Shown here: piece after piece, positions 20,205 through 29,281 of the stretch
Layout: each line of letters opens with the position of its first letter
Numbering within the stretch: position 1 is the stretch's first letter
IMG/VR virus record: IMGVR_UViG_3300043786_000977
Location: 62,001 to 126,000 of that record
Strand: one strand, 5' to 3'
Length of the DNA: 64,000 nt
The notes under the pieces: generated by a model
Told to the model about the DNA's origin: nothing
Database searches by the model: none
Seen by the model: only the letters and a program-made list of their open reading frames with translations
Made by a program: the position numbers and the translations under genes

Positions 20205-20237
20205 CCGGAGGTCACGATACGCTGTCGTGATCTCCGG
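20205..20237 (+). terminator. Intergenic stem-loop
   Basis: CCGGAGGTCACGATA-CGC-TGTCGTGATCTCCGG. Confidence 0.55.
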
Positions 20238-20256
20238 GCTATCAAAGGAGTAACAC

Positions 20257-20982
20257 ATGTGGAAACCTATCCGTGCGGCCCGAGGTATCGTAATCGTGGC
20301 AGACACGACATCAAGTTGGTTAATTCCATGGTTCTACGGTTGTTTCCGTAAACATAATGCGTACCCGGTGCATCTGTTACCTCTAGGTTTACCCGAGTCT
20401 GAGTTACGAGATATCAAGCAACTGGGTATTGAGATCAGCACAGAACAACCCATTCTTAAAGGATGGTGGGCGAAACCCCAAGCTATTATGGGTGCTGGAT
20501 TCGAACGTGCTGTGTGGTTAGACTTGGATTGTGAAGTCAAGGGTAGTATTGATTTCTTATTCGAACTGCCAACAATGTATCTAGGTATGCATATTGATCA
20601 CCCGGCATGGGGTCATTTCAATCGGTGTGACGGGTACCTGCAACCAGACGAAGTGATCTACAACAGTGGCGTCATCGCTGTAGCTTACGGCCAGCATGCT
20701 ATACCGCTATGGCATGATGCTTGTGCCTCGTTGTTCGCACCCGGCGATCAGTCAACATTCACGCGGCGCTACGGGCAATATAACCTGGGCGATCAGGAAG
20801 TGTTGTCACGCGTTATTCGTGCACACAAGGTACCTGTCTACGAGATCACGACCCGCTATAACAACATACGCTTAGAGCCCCAGAATCCGGATGCCGTGAT
20901 CGTACACCATACAGGTCCCGGTAAAGAACAGATACGGAAACAGATACTGAAACAGCACGATAACCGCCAAGTCGTATTATAA
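20257..20982 (+). CDS. GT-A fold glycosyltransferase (GT8-like)
   Basis: WWAKP, WLDLD (DxD), YNSGV, GDQEVL, IVHHTG. Confidence 0.8.
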   Translation: MWKPIRAARGIVIVADTTSSWLIPWFYGCFRKHNAYPVHLLPLGLPESELRDIKQLGIEISTEQPILKGWWAKPQAIMGAGFERAVWLDLDCEVKGSIDFLFELPTMYLGMHIDHPAWGHFNRCDGYLQPDEVIYNSGVIAVAYGQHAIPLWHDACASLFAPGDQSTFTRRYGQYNLGDQEVLSRVIRAHKVPVYEITTRYNNIRLEPQNPDAVIVHHTGPGKEQIRKQILKQHDNRQVVL

Positions 20983-20990
20983 TAAACCGC

Positions 20991-21019
20991 TTGCGTTTGT
21001 TCGGTCGATCGGATATAGT
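20991..21019 (+). promoter_or_regulatory. sigma70 promoter for the RAMP-helicase-replication operon
   Basis: TTGCGT-N17-TATAGT. Confidence 0.7.
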
Positions 21020-21068
21020 CGAGATCATTATCTGAACCGGACACGAACCGGACATCGAAAGGGGTAAT

Positions 21069-21530
21069 ATGAAAGACGCAAAGTTCACGCTTGAATTCAC
21101 GAGTCATGTATTGGCAAACGGGACCGGGCCTAAAGGCGAACCAGACCACTTCCAACGTGACGGGCAAAACCAGTTGATATTCCAGCAGAGTTGGTTTCAT
21201 TCAGCATTCACACGGGCAATCGAGATCGCTCGTATTCGCGGTGTAAAGGCCAGTGACATCCAGGTCGATCTCACGTTTACTGCACCTACGCAGATCTATA
21301 AGCGCAGGTATGGTGAGAGCAAGTATCGGACGCATGAAGCGATCATGCCAGGTACCCGTGTTGTGTTCTGTGCGTTAGTTGCAGACCAAGTGACGGACCA
21401 GATATTGAAAACGTTGCTTGAACGCATGGGCAAGTTTATCGGATTATCTCCGTATGGCTATCGCCTCGGTTATGGCAAATTCAGTGTAGCAGATGTTACA
21501 GTTGCACCCAGTGACGCAGCAATACAGTGA
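21069..21530 (+). CDS. Stand-alone RAMP (Cas7/Csm3-like single RRM) protein
   Basis: FTLEFTSHVLANG, FQRD..NQLIFQQSWFHSAF, HEAIMPGTRVVF, terminal G-loop IGLSPYGYRLGYGKFSV. Confidence 0.65.
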   Translation: MKDAKFTLEFTSHVLANGTGPKGEPDHFQRDGQNQLIFQQSWFHSAFTRAIEIARIRGVKASDIQVDLTFTAPTQIYKRRYGESKYRTHEAIMPGTRVVFCALVADQVTDQILKTLLERMGKFIGLSPYGYRLGYGKFSVADVTVAPSDAAIQ

Positions 21531-21596
21531 CACAGTGTAGTTACTGTTGTCGCTAACCCCGGGCAGGGTTGGTGATAATAATCGCAAGAAGGACAC

Positions 21597-23144
21597 ATGC
21601 AAGAGACCATCATTCGATGGGGCGACGGCTACGTTCATGTAGAGCCGGCGTTCCCTGACACGCTTTTAAAGAAGTTGAAGTATTGGCGCCGCTCCCTTGA
21701 ATGGAGCGAAGAACAGATGCGCCGTATTGCGTTAGGTCAGTTCGAAGAGCTGTACAACATCCGTACCTGGATTGATCCACAGACGCAACAGTACTGTCAA
21801 CAGTTGACTACCCTCCCGGGGTTCGTACACCGCATCAAGGAAACGCTCAAGGAGGCCGGCTGGACGTATACAGTCATCGACGAGCGTACACCCATGCCAG
21901 AACCTGATTTGCATAAGGCCTTTGCAGGGCTCTACGATCATCAACTCGAGTGTGCCTACGTCGCACTCAAATCCGGCGGGGGGATCATCGCCTGTCCTAC
22001 AGGTTGGGGTAAGACCCATATCATGAAGGCAATCGTGAACGCGTATACGTCTGAGGCCCTAAAGCTGCGGGGTACCCCACTGACGGTAGTATCTGCGCCC
22101 GATAAAGATATCGCAGCCAAGGATTACCGTGATCTGAAAGCCATGCTTCCGAATCGGGAAGTCGGTTTGGTCATGACTGGGTATTCAAATTTCTCCGACG
22201 ATGTCCAGGTTATCACGCTGGATAGTCTACACCGTATCAACGCCGACGAGGTCGGTGTACTCATTGTAGACGAGGTACACGCTGCAGCCTCGGATAAACG
22301 CGCTGATTCAATCGTGGCTATGCGTCGGGCAGTCCGGTGGGGCGTGAGTGCCACACCTACAGGACGCTTCGACGGGCGTGACCTGGTAACCGAGGGCTTG
22401 TTTGGTCCCGTGGTTTATACCCGGACATATGGCGACGGCGTGAAGGACGGCGCTCTGGTACCTATTACGGTATACTGGGTCAAGTGCCCGGAGCCGGCGA
22501 TCGGGATGCCGAAGTTCGAGGCTTATTCGACGCGTGTAGGCCGGTACCGTAATGGTGTATGGCGTAACAAGAATCGCAACGCCTTCATCGGTGAGATTAT
22601 GCGACGGATTCCAGACTCGATGCAGACGCTCTGCATTATGCAGTACTTGGACCAGATGGACGCAATCTATCCACTCTGCGGTACGGGGACCACGACGGTT
22701 CACGCAGTCACAGATCCAGTAGAGATCGCGAAGTTCAAGAATCTGATAAGTATCACACCGCCGGAACGCAGGGAGATCTATCGTAAGATGGAGGCTGCGG
22801 AAATCAAACGTATCCTGAGTACGTACGTATACAAACAAGGTGTCAATTTCCCACATTTGGCCGTTGTAATTAACGCGGGTGGCGGCGGTAGTGATATCGT
22901 TGCCAAGCAGATCCCAGGGCGTGAAAGCCGTAAGACTGCAACCAAGGAACGTTCGTACCTCGTTGATTTCTGGCACCCTTGGGATAAGGTGAAGAACGAC
23001 AAGGAACGATGGGTAGCGGGACCGATTCATGCAGACGACCAATCACGGGAAAAAGCTTATAATCATCTGGGGTTTGAACAAGTATGGGTAGAGGACTTAA
23101 ACGGATTGCCGTTTCTCGAACAACCGAGGACATCAGTCGAATAA
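21597..23144 (+). CDS. Superfamily 2 DNA helicase (UvsW/XPB-like)
   Basis: PTGWGKT, DEVH, SATP, GVNFP, QIPGR. Confidence 0.92.
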   Translation: MQETIIRWGDGYVHVEPAFPDTLLKKLKYWRRSLEWSEEQMRRIALGQFEELYNIRTWIDPQTQQYCQQLTTLPGFVHRIKETLKEAGWTYTVIDERTPMPEPDLHKAFAGLYDHQLECAYVALKSGGGIIACPTGWGKTHIMKAIVNAYTSEALKLRGTPLTVVSAPDKDIAAKDYRDLKAMLPNREVGLVMTGYSNFSDDVQVITLDSLHRINADEVGVLIVDEVHAAASDKRADSIVAMRRAVRWGVSATPTGRFDGRDLVTEGLFGPVVYTRTYGDGVKDGALVPITVYWVKCPEPAIGMPKFEAYSTRVGRYRNGVWRNKNRNAFIGEIMRRIPDSMQTLCIMQYLDQMDAIYPLCGTGTTTVHAVTDPVEIAKFKNLISITPPERREIYRKMEAAEIKRILSTYVYKQGVNFPHLAVVINAGGGGSDIVAKQIPGRESRKTATKERSYLVDFWHPWDKVKNDKERWVAGPIHADDQSREKAYNHLGFEQVWVEDLNGLPFLEQPRTSVE

Positions 23145-23728
23145 ATGTCACCGCCATGGCGCTCTGGGACACGTACTACGCGTACATGCACGAGCGCCAT
23201 GGCCGTCCCATGCCGCCGCATCAGTATGCAGGGGATACAGTGAATTGGCATAAGACATTCTGGCCCACGGCAGAACTGTGTTATGACAAACAGTGGGATC
23301 CCCAGGACTACGTAACGAACGTACTCGAACGCTTAACGATAAACCGTATCTACATCAAGCCGGCGTGTTTGCGTGATCACGAACGCCAGGATCAGTACCA
23401 GAAACAACTGATCAAGACGACAGTTGATTACGACATTGATACCGAATGGCATAGTCTGATCGAGGAACTACTTACCTATATGGCAGATGGTTCAAGCGAA
23501 AACAGTGTGCTGCTTAGTCCGATGACACCGTTTCCGGCTTGGTTTAGATTGGCATATCCCGAACGCTTAGACGAACAGTTATTCGGATTGTATGGACCAG
23601 CTGGACGTAAAGAATTTGCAGCCAATAGGCGGCTGCGTGATTTCGTACGAAAAGAATCATCAAAGACGTTTGCACAGCTTGAAGAACGCTGGGGCCGTTT
23701 CGGTGATTTGGAGGTATTAGTTCAATGA
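23084..23728 (+). CDS. Hypothetical protein in replication operon (start uncertain)
   Basis: Fills the gap between two helicases; ATGA overlap downstream. Confidence 0.6.
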   Translation: MGRGLKRIAVSRTTEDISRINVTAMALWDTYYAYMHERHGRPMPPHQYAGDTVNWHKTFWPTAELCYDKQWDPQDYVTNVLERLTINRIYIKPACLRDHERQDQYQKQLIKTTVDYDIDTEWHSLIEELLTYMADGSSENSVLLSPMTPFPAWFRLAYPERLDEQLFGLYGPAGRKEFAANRRLRDFVRKESSKTFAQLEERWGRFGDLEVLVQ

Positions 23729-25191
23729 TCTCACCTTATACACGCGACTTTCAGATACAGTTGTTGATTAACCTACTTCGGGACAAGAAGTTCTTCGAAG
23801 AGACCGTAGGTCGGTTACATCTAAGTGATTTCGATTTGCCGCCCTGCCGACTCATATTCGAGATCGCCAGGACGTATTTCCTAAAGCACCGAGAGTTACC
23901 GCCGTTCCGTGTGATCGAGTTGGAACTCATACAGACGCTTCAATATCCGTCACTGGAGTACGAGACTGTATTGCAGGAAGCGGAACACGAATCCCTAGCG
24001 GGCATCATGAGTATGTTCGCACGTAGCGCACCTTCCGACCTGGCGGTACCGTACTACCGTGAGAAACTGCACGGGTTCATGAGCCACATGCGGTTAGCTG
24101 CAGCCAAGGGCCTCGGATTGACGGCAGAGCAGGAGTTGGCGGAAAGCGTCCGTATCCATAGCGAGGTGTCCAAGGTAGGGCGTAATAGAGTGATCCTCGT
24201 GAACGCGACATCACGGCCGCCAGACATGTCAGCAGTGCTTGGCGGACGTATCGGTATAGGACTCAACAAGGTCGACAAGTTGATCAACTACGGGTTGACA
24301 TCGGGTCAGACAGGTATGGTCGTAGCATGTACGGGTATCGGTAAGACCAACACAGGGCTAAACATGTGCGTGGCCGCGGCGCTGAAGAACACGCGCTCGT
24401 TGTTCATGACACTCGAAAATACAGTGGATATGATTCATAATCGTATCTTCGGTATGTTTGCCCATATTGAAGCCCAACACCTGATTCAACGGTCGTTACT
24501 GGATAAGAACTCGGCATGGCGGCTTGACTTCGTAAGCGGCGATGCTTTCAGGTACCACAACTATATCACCATCGCGGACTGCACACAACGCCCGCATGGG
24601 GTGGATGACATAAAGGACATAATAAGCGTCTGGTTGGAAGACCAGATAGAACGGCTTGGACACAAGGAAGAAGAGTGTCGTCTGATTAATGTTGACTGGA
24701 TCGAGAAAATAGTCGATGCTGGTATCGTAGGGATACATAAGAACATGAGCACGGCAGACCGTATTAAGCATCGGATGGAAGCCCTTGCGGAAATCAATCG
24801 CAGTTTCAAGAAGATACTGTGGACTTCAACACAAGGAACACGAGCCGCACAGAATCATGAGATCATCGTACGCGGTGACATTGCAAATAGTATTCACGTG
24901 ATGGATCCGTTGGATCTGTGTATCGGATTGGCCCCGTCAGTAATCGCAACAGATACACGGGACGACGATGACGTAACGAATCCTGTTTGTGACCGGCGCT
25001 TGAACGTATCGCTGCTCAAGACACGAGAATCGGCAGCAACAGGTAGACATAGACAGGTTTATCAAGGAAAGACATTGCGGCTATGGGATGACGAGAGTCA
25101 ATTTACAGCCGCCACACAATTAGCTGACCAGTGCAACATGGACGGACTTCTGAAACTAATGGCACCACAATCAGTGACACCCGGTAAATAG
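23725..25191 (+). CDS. Replicative DnaB-like (SF4) helicase
   Basis: ACTGIGKT, MTLEN, INVDW, WTSTQ, LLKTRE. Confidence 0.85.
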   Translation: MISPYTRDFQIQLLINLLRDKKFFEETVGRLHLSDFDLPPCRLIFEIARTYFLKHRELPPFRVIELELIQTLQYPSLEYETVLQEAEHESLAGIMSMFARSAPSDLAVPYYREKLHGFMSHMRLAAAKGLGLTAEQELAESVRIHSEVSKVGRNRVILVNATSRPPDMSAVLGGRIGIGLNKVDKLINYGLTSGQTGMVVACTGIGKTNTGLNMCVAAALKNTRSLFMTLENTVDMIHNRIFGMFAHIEAQHLIQRSLLDKNSAWRLDFVSGDAFRYHNYITIADCTQRPHGVDDIKDIISVWLEDQIERLGHKEEECRLINVDWIEKIVDAGIVGIHKNMSTADRIKHRMEALAEINRSFKKILWTSTQGTRAAQNHEIIVRGDIANSIHVMDPLDLCIGLAPSVIATDTRDDDDVTNPVCDRRLNVSLLKTRESAATGRHRQVYQGKTLRLWDDESQFTAATQLADQCNMDGLLKLMAPQSVTPGK

Positions 25192-25203
25192 GACACAGTT
25201 ACA

Positions 25204-26190
25204 ATGTATAATCCGGTGCAATTGGAGGCATTCCTCCTGCAACGGTTCGGAACAGTTAGAAGAGGTCACGGTAAAAAAGGCCTGGAACTAATAACCAAAT
25301 GCCCGGTTTGCGGTAAGCGTAAGCTATCCGTGAACCCGAACACTGGCCTTTATCAGTGTTGGCGTGGTTGTGTTTCAGGACACGTGGATAAACTTCTTGG
25401 CGACATCCGAGCCATGAAACTCACGACATTCGCGCCTAAGCCCGTATCTGTGGCAAGGGACGTCGACAGTCCGGGGGAACTGATCCCCCTGACGACACTC
25501 GATGACGATCATCAGGCTTCTGTCTACCTACAGCAACGCGGCTTCAATGTCCGCATGCTGGAGGACCACTACGGCTTCCGGTATTGCCGGCAAGGTAAGA
25601 AGTATGCCAACGGGTTATTCGACACAACCAACACGATCATCATTCCTGTCTACAAGGGTGGGACTCTGATTGGTTGGCAGTCACGTCTGCTCTATAATCC
25701 AGACGGGCTCGACGATCGGGCCTGTGAGGGATTGGGGTTCATCAAGGATGAAGATGGGGACTGGGTCAAGCCGCCTAAGTACTTCACAATGCCGGGACTG
25801 GACAAAGGTAAAATACTCTGGAACTACGACTGGGCGCGTCAATCTGACATTGTAGTGGTATGCGAAGGTGTCTTTGACGCCGTCGCCGTCGGACGTTGCG
25901 CTGTAGCTTGTTTCGGTAAGGGGCTTACCGACAACCAAGTAAACATGCTTAAGGAGTACTGGGATCTCGTTGTACTCCTGCTTGACCCAGGTGACGCAGA
26001 CAAACAGATGGCGCTATTGGATCAGTCGTCACTGATGAATAACGCGTTACCTGTGCACCTAGAAGGGTACAAGGATGCGGGCGAAGCGCCACAGGCAGAA
26101 ATCTGGCGACAGATCGATCAGGCAATTGCGGATCACCCGATCCTCGCAGCAAATAAACGGACCCTTGATACCTATCGTTTTGTGGTGTAA
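25204..26190 (+). CDS. DNA primase (Zn finger plus TOPRIM)
   Basis: CPVC...CWRGC, CEGVFDA, LDPGD, YKDAGE. Confidence 0.9.
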   Translation: MYNPVQLEAFLLQRFGTVRRGHGKKGLELITKCPVCGKRKLSVNPNTGLYQCWRGCVSGHVDKLLGDIRAMKLTTFAPKPVSVARDVDSPGELIPLTTLDDDHQASVYLQQRGFNVRMLEDHYGFRYCRQGKKYANGLFDTTNTIIIPVYKGGTLIGWQSRLLYNPDGLDDRACEGLGFIKDEDGDWVKPPKYFTMPGLDKGKILWNYDWARQSDIVVVCEGVFDAVAVGRCAVACFGKGLTDNQVNMLKEYWDLVVLLLDPGDADKQMALLDQSSLMNNALPVHLEGYKDAGEAPQAEIWRQIDQAIADHPILAANKRTLDTYRFVV

Positions 26191-26192
26191 TA

Positions 26193-26507
26193 ATGAAGTC
26201 TTTATTAGCATATAAACTGTTGCGTGTGCGCAAGGATTCATCATTGGGTCCGTTGTTCATCAATTGTCGCCAGCGTATTGAACCTGGCAAATGGTTAAAA
26301 GCGGAAGCCCATCGCCGGAAGGGTTATGCCTTCCGGCCGGGCTGGCACTGTACAGCGAAACCGTACGCCCCGCACTTGTCCACGAAAGGACGGGCGTGGT
26401 TTGCGGTACTCGTACGTGATTACGTGACCTACACTCGGCCTGCGGCACAAGGCGGTCAATGGATACTTGCGCAAAAAATGTGCGTATTACGCCTAGGTGT
26501 GCAATGA
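26193..26507 (+). CDS. Phage hypothetical protein
   Basis: AYKL...PLFIN...RPGWHC...QGGQW pattern. Confidence 0.65.
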   Translation: MKSLLAYKLLRVRKDSSLGPLFINCRQRIEPGKWLKAEAHRRKGYAFRPGWHCTAKPYAPHLSTKGRAWFAVLVRDYVTYTRPAAQGGQWILAQKMCVLRLGVQ

Positions 26508-29272
26508 CGAAGAAAGAAAAAGTAGAGGAACCGTCACCCTATCCGATATGGATGGATGAGACGGCACGGACTGTTGAAGGTAAAATATGGCTACGGGGAC
26601 GTGGACCCTTGCCGGCACCTTTCATGTTCGTCGGTGAACGGCCTCTGGAAAAAGAGGTCAAGGCAAAGCGGGTGTTTCACGGCGCCACCGGTGAATTACT
26701 TAATACACGGCTCGTGATGAATGGTTTCGATACTGCGTCTTGCTATCTGACAAACGCAGTCAAGTACCCGATCCCCCGAAACAAGAACGCGGCGGCCAAG
26801 GACTTGAAGGTGTGTCACGCGATGCTCGAAGAAGAAATCAAGCGCTGTAATCCGAAGGTGATCGTATGCCTAGGATCAGCTGCCCTGCGTGCAGTCGTGG
26901 GCCGTGATATGAACATATCCTCGATTCGAGGGGAGTTAGTACGTGATCCGGTGCGCAATGTAGACATACTTGCGATGCATAATCCGGCATACGTGTTACA
27001 CAATCCGGAAGTCATGGCTGCGTTCGATCGGGATATCTGTGAACTCGTAAGGTATCAGCGCGGCGAACAACCGATGCTGGACCCTGCCGACTGGGTCGAA
27101 ATCCGGACCGTGGCCTGGCTACGTGAATTCGTAGCCAGCGTCTTTGCGGAACAGGCGAATCCTGTTCTCGTAATAGACATGGAATGGAACGGTAAGACAT
27201 GGATGGATCCCGATCGGTATATTCGGACTATCCAGATCTGTCATAAACCGGGTCAAGCTGTGATTGTAGTCATGCGTGGCGAAAACGGTGTACCGGCAAT
27301 GGACGATGAACCGGAAGCCTGGAGAATTCTTAAGACGTTACTTGAGGATCCCCGGGTGGGTATCATCGGACATAATGCAATCGCGGATGGTCACTGGCTA
27401 CTCGGACAGAACATAGATATCCGACCACGTGTGATATGGGACACGATGCTCGCTGAGTTCCTGCTGCATGAGACAGGACCGTGGGGTCTGGAGGAGGTGA
27501 CACTACGGTACACAAATCACCGGCGCTACTCCCTAAACCTGGAGATGTGGGTAAATGAGCATAAGACTGAATGTAAACATGGTTACGGCCCCGTGCCCGA
27601 GAGCTTGTTGTTTCCATACGGGGCTATCGACGTAATAGGTCCACGGCAAATTGCTGAGAAGCAGTATCCGTTGGTCGCTGCCGAGTTTATGCAGCCCCGT
27701 GGATTACGCGGACAATATCCGAGCCTGTGGCAAACCACGTTGCGGACACAGGAACTGTTGTATGAGCTCGAACGTAACGGGATGGCCATAGATACGGAAC
27801 GTCTGGAGCAGCTCATCGTCGCATATCAACGTGTGCGTGCACAGTTACTGGGTGTTGTTACAACCGAGGCTGCTGCAGCTGGTTTCATTGAATTCAGTCC
27901 GACGTCCGTACAAGACGTTCAGAAGATGTTGTTTCAAGTTCTGAAACTCCCGCCTGTTAAAACAACCGAAGGGCGTGCCTGGGTTGATGACGTGGGTAAC
28001 CAGGGTTTGGATAATCCAACGGAATCGACACCGTCAACGGATAAGACAACACTTGAGATCCTGGAAGACGAACATGCCCTGGTACACCACCTACTGCAGT
28101 TTCGTCGAATTGATCAGAGTTGCAAGACATGGTTACGGCATCCTAAAGAGGGTGAAGATGAAGTCTCCAAGGGCGGAGGAATAGGTGCCAAGATCTGGGC
28201 AGATGGCAGGATTCATGCACGGTTTTCGCAACTAGCAGAAACCGGTCGTTTTCGTACAGCACAGCCCAATGTGCAGAACTGGCCCAAGAAGGCAGAAGGA
28301 TATATGGAAGAGATCTTCGGGAAGGACAATATGCCTCCCGGGATCCGGACTATTATCGTTCCTGCCCCTGGTTATGTTCTGATGGAAGGAGACTTCGTAC
28401 AGGCTGAGTTGTTCGTACTAGCTGCGCTTTCGGGCGATCAGAATATGATGTCGGCGTTAACGACACCGGGGCGCGACTTACACGACGTTACGGCGATAAC
28501 CGCATTCAAATTGAAGGTATACGATCCGCAAGGTAATGAGGTACCGGAATCCGTACTAATTGATCTTGCTAAGAAGAATCTACCAAAAGGATCCGAGAGT
28601 AAGGAGTTCAAGAGTTTCGTAAAGACACTACGTTACGTTGATCTGAGAGGCAAGGTGATGACACGTGACGAATTTAAAGAGACGATACGGGTGTCCGCAA
28701 AAAACGTGAATTTCGGGATTCCTTACGGACGCGGCGCGTTGGATATCGCTCGACAGGTCAAGGCCGAGACGGGCAGTAAGCAGACGATACAAGAACTCGA
28801 AACAGACTTGAGTGAGATTGTGCGTGTATGGAAAGAAGAAACATACGCGACAGCCTGGGCATACATGCGACGGTGTGCACAGTCTGTATACGATCCTGGG
28901 TATATCAAAAATCCCTGGGGTCGTTATCGCCGTTTCCCTCGAGCACGAAATGACGAAGAACGTGCTGACGTGGAGCGTCAGGCACAGAATTTCCCGATTC
29001 AATCCACAGTTGCGGACACGGCGATGATCGCCATGGACCTGATTGCGCGATATAGGGAAGCGAACGGATTACATTTCCGTATTGTGAACCAAATTCACGA
29101 TGCGGTAATGATCGAAACACCAATTGACGAAATCGACCAGTGCAAACTTATGTACGGTGATACAATGGGCGCTATCGACATTCCAGTAGGACCACCATTC
29201 AACATACTACGATTAGGCGTTGACATGAAAATACTAACTCGCTGGGGTGAAGAAGCCAAATCAAAAGACTAG
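26504..29272 (+). CDS. polA: Family A DNA polymerase with N-terminal uracil-DNA-glycosylase-like domain and 3'-5' exonuclease
   Basis: VGERP/TNAVK/HNPAY UDG-like domain; DME, GHN..AD, YGAID exonuclease; TGR, DFVQAE, KNVNFGIPYG, IHDA polymerase motifs. Confidence 0.95.
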   Translation: MTKKEKVEEPSPYPIWMDETARTVEGKIWLRGRGPLPAPFMFVGERPLEKEVKAKRVFHGATGELLNTRLVMNGFDTASCYLTNAVKYPIPRNKNAAAKDLKVCHAMLEEEIKRCNPKVIVCLGSAALRAVVGRDMNISSIRGELVRDPVRNVDILAMHNPAYVLHNPEVMAAFDRDICELVRYQRGEQPMLDPADWVEIRTVAWLREFVASVFAEQANPVLVIDMEWNGKTWMDPDRYIRTIQICHKPGQAVIVVMRGENGVPAMDDEPEAWRILKTLLEDPRVGIIGHNAIADGHWLLGQNIDIRPRVIWDTMLAEFLLHETGPWGLEEVTLRYTNHRRYSLNLEMWVNEHKTECKHGYGPVPESLLFPYGAIDVIGPRQIAEKQYPLVAAEFMQPRGLRGQYPSLWQTTLRTQELLYELERNGMAIDTERLEQLIVAYQRVRAQLLGVVTTEAAAAGFIEFSPTSVQDVQKMLFQVLKLPPVKTTEGRAWVDDVGNQGLDNPTESTPSTDKTTLEILEDEHALVHHLLQFRRIDQSCKTWLRHPKEGEDEVSKGGGIGAKIWADGRIHARFSQLAETGRFRTAQPNVQNWPKKAEGYMEEIFGKDNMPPGIRTIIVPAPGYVLMEGDFVQAELFVLAALSGDQNMMSALTTPGRDLHDVTAITAFKLKVYDPQGNEVPESVLIDLAKKNLPKGSESKEFKSFVKTLRYVDLRGKVMTRDEFKETIRVSAKNVNFGIPYGRGALDIARQVKAETGSKQTIQELETDLSEIVRVWKEETYATAWAYMRRCAQSVYDPGYIKNPWGRYRRFPRARNDEERADVERQAQNFPIQSTVADTAMIAMDLIARYREANGLHFRIVNQIHDAVMIETPIDEIDQCKLMYGDTMGAIDIPVGPPFNILRLGVDMKILTRWGEEAKSKD

Positions 29273-29281
29273 AGGTTCATT

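Noticed and set aside
22308-23042. Long minus-strand ORFs (this one, 31567..32091, 56502..56957 and similar)
   Set aside because: Antisense shadows of well-supported + strand genes, with no recognisable motifs
21597-23144. Cas3 or DinG of a type I/IV CRISPR system
   Set aside because: No HD domain or Fe-S cysteine cluster; size and context fit a UvsW/XPB-like replication helicase
26504-29272. Intron or intein in the polymerase
   Set aside because: The ORF is continuous with motifs in order; no intein terminal motifs seen, and insertions are short
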